Shown here piece by piece: positions 61,440-64,000 of a stretch of DNA of 64,000 nucleotides (the first letter of the stretch is position 1; each line of letters begins with the position of its first letter). Source of the DNA: Takakia lepidozioides (lineage: Eukaryota > Plantae > Bryophyta); the NCBI GenBank assembly GCA_030704615.1, contig CM060731.1:9424001-9488000 (forward strand), written 5' to 3'. The position numbers and the translations under genes are program-made. The notes beneath the pieces were generated by a model. It worked only from the letters and a program-made list of their open reading frames with translations, was not told the origin of the DNA and made no database searches.

Positions 61440-64000
61440 GAGCGGAGACAGCAGGGAGTGTTCAACAGGATGGCTGAACGAGATGTGGTGTCGTGGGGTG
61501 CGATGATTGCAGGATATGCACAGCAAGGGCGCGGGATGGAGGCTTTGCAGACATATGAGCACCTTCTTCAACACATTTCAGCCTGTTTTCCCTGTTATCA
61601 GGATTCAGAGTCATCCCTAAATTTTCAGGTTGAATTCTGCAAGTTAGCTCGACGTTGGTGCAAAAAGGTGAATGCCTGTTGGAAGCGCAAGTCAACATAA
61701 GAACTAGTGTGAGAAGTAGGGTTAGGGTGTTTGCTGGAACAAATCTAGGCTGTCATTGTCAGCTGCTAGCAGCAAGGCAAGGAGGTACTATGCATGATTT
61801 GTGCAGAGGTATGGATAGCCGAAGGAGTAGGGATAGAGTGTGGGTCCAGATTCATCCAAGAGGGCCGGATTTCAAGCTCCAGATTACCTATGAATCCCTG
61901 TGGAATGATAGCTACAAGAAACATGCATGCGTAGATGGTCAACTGGAAGCCGCAACAGCAGCAGCGGCGGCACAATTGATAAAAGTCAGGCAGATGGGTT
62001 GAACAGAGTCATGTGGTTTACTTTTCAACTTGATTTTCAGATCAGTGTCAACAATCAATCATTCTTCCTGCAAAGTCTTGGTCTGCACAATCTGAGACTT
62101 GAGATCCTCCACAAAGGCCAGCATGTTTTTAGTTGAGGATCCACCCTCTGCCATATCCTCATGAGCACAATATTTGAGCTTCCCTACCCTGGTTCGAATT
62201 GCCATGCCCTCCTCCCCTGTCATTAGCTCCCTGATGTGTGCATGATTTGTGCAGAGGCAGAGATAGCTGAAGGAGCAGGGATAGAGAGTAGGTCTAGATT
62301 CATCCAAAAGGGCCAGATTTCAAGCACAAGATTACTTATGATTTCCTTTAGATCAATAGCTACAAGAAACCTGCATGGGTAGATGGTCAACTGTCATGCC
62401 GCAGCAGCAGCGGCACAACTGATAAAATCAGGCACTGGTAATCGAGGCACCTTCTTCACATTCACCCTATTTTTCCCTCTTATCAGAAACGGCCCTGAAT
62501 TTCCATGTTGAATTCTGCAAGTTAGCTGGTTGAGTGAATGTAGTTTGGAGTGACTTTGACTTGATACTGCCATTGTGACAACAGGAAAGTATCCAAAAAT
62601 ACGTAACAGAGATGAGGAGAAGCTGTGGAATGAATACTTTTCTGACTCCAGTCAATGGTGGGACACCAGGGAAAAATGTGAATGCTTGTTAGATTACAGG
62701 AGAGTAGCAGACGCAATTCAGTACAGGAACTAGTGTAATAAGCTGAGTTGGGTGTTTCCTAGAACAAATCTAGGTTGTCATTATCAGCTGCAAGGCAAGG
62801 ATGTATGCATCATTTGTGCAGAGGCATGGATAGCTGAAGGAGCGGGGATAGAGTGTGGGTCCAGATTCATCCAAGAGGGCTGGACTTCAAGCTCCAGATT
62901 ACCTTGATTTCAGGTGGATCAGTAGCTACAAGAAACCTGCATGTGTAGATGGTCAACTAAAGGCAGCAGCTGTAGTGGCACAGTTGATAAAATCAGGCAC
63001 CTCAACCATGACCACAGCTATTGAAATTAGAGGATCAAGAGAGGGAGTCCACAATGCCTCTTCTGGCACTTCTGGGCATGTGAAGATACTTTGTGCTGCA
63101 GGCAGACTGACAGAGGCTCTACAGACTCTAAACCAAGGAGACATTTCAGCAGATTCAGATATGTCTGTCTGTTGCTTAAGTGCATCAAGATGGATGGTCT
63201 GGAAGCTGGAAAGCAGGTGCACACTCACATTATCCAAAGTGGATTCACACCAAATGTTTTTCTACTCAACACCCTTGTCAACATGTATGTTAAGTGCGGG
63301 AGCATCATGGATGCTCACCAAGTGTTCAACAGAATGCCTCAATGATCTTTGATCACGTGGAATATTATGTTGGCAGGATTTACCAAGCGTAGGTGTGGTA
63401 GGAATGCTTAGGAGACCTATGAGCAAATGTTGCGTGAAGGGGTGAAGCCCGACCACATTGCGTTTGTTTGTGTTTGCAATGCGTGTGCAAGCCTGGGAGC
63501 TCTGGAAAAGAGGGAAGAGGTCCATAGTGACATTGTCAAAGTTGGAATTGTACCAGATGTCATCCTGGAAACAGAAGTGGCAGCAGCCCAATTGATAGAA
63601 CAATTCGCTGCTAATGAAGGTATCTTCTTCAATACATTTCACCCTGTTTTGCCATGTTATCAGAGTCGACCCTAAATTTAGAATTCTGCAAGTTAGCTCG
63701 TTCATGATGTGAGCTGGCATGAGTTTTATAAAGATCCTTCACGATGGTGGGACAACCGCAATCACAAGGTGTGGCTTTTCTTAATGTACGATGTGAAGAA
63801 GTTTGTCCATCCTGCAAAGGTGGGCTCTTGGCTCCTGTTAGTACCATGATTTGGTGTTCTTCCTGATGTTTACAAGGTTCTTGGGAGAGTCAGCTTGGTC
63901 TTAGTAGGCCGTGTTTCAATCTCTGCCTGCTCAGCTACACCGTGGTGGTTCTCAGACCAATCCAACATTACCTGACTACAGACACAAACATCACACACAA
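61440..64000 (+). pseudogene. Rearranged PDF-motif + PLS-PPR pseudogene cluster
   Basis: PPR piece VFNRMAERDVVSWGAMIAGY; PDF halves at ~61850, 62298, 62585, 62865, 63712 and 63956; 62865-63570 runs from the PDF C-half into PPR repeats; stops and frameshifts. Confidence 0.85.

Overview
This is eukaryotic nuclear DNA from a land plant (GT-AG introns). A non-seed plant such as a bryophyte is my inference from the PLS-DYW PPR genes, the CRE-type LINE and the repeat families; I cannot confirm the species. Host genes: an intact MDR-family reductase (24.3-26.4 kb), an intact ureide permease (41.5-44.0 kb), a dienelactone-hydrolase-family gene with a probable frameshift (49.3-53.0 kb) and an intact PLS-E-DYW PPR RNA-editing gene (33.5-38.4 kb, minus strand). 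The rest is transposon debris and pseudogenes. Two things stand out. (1) The DYW gene splices in frame to upstream exons encoding a PDF motif, the ssDNA-binding module of organellar OSB proteins, and decayed PDF and PDF+PPR copies occur at 11-13 kb and 61-64 kb. (2) At 2-17.5 kb a multi-exon ParB/Srx-like + beta-class amino-DNA-methyltransferase gene carries an 18-unit hairpin array in an intron, and it shares inverted upstream sequence with a nearby Mutator-like transposase. This suggests a MuDR-like transposon family with a DNA-methylase accessory gene. Also present: tandem Helitron ends, a Ty3/gypsy element with a dUTPase-like domain, and an hAT-like MITE. All exon models and domain calls were made by eye; no searches were run.
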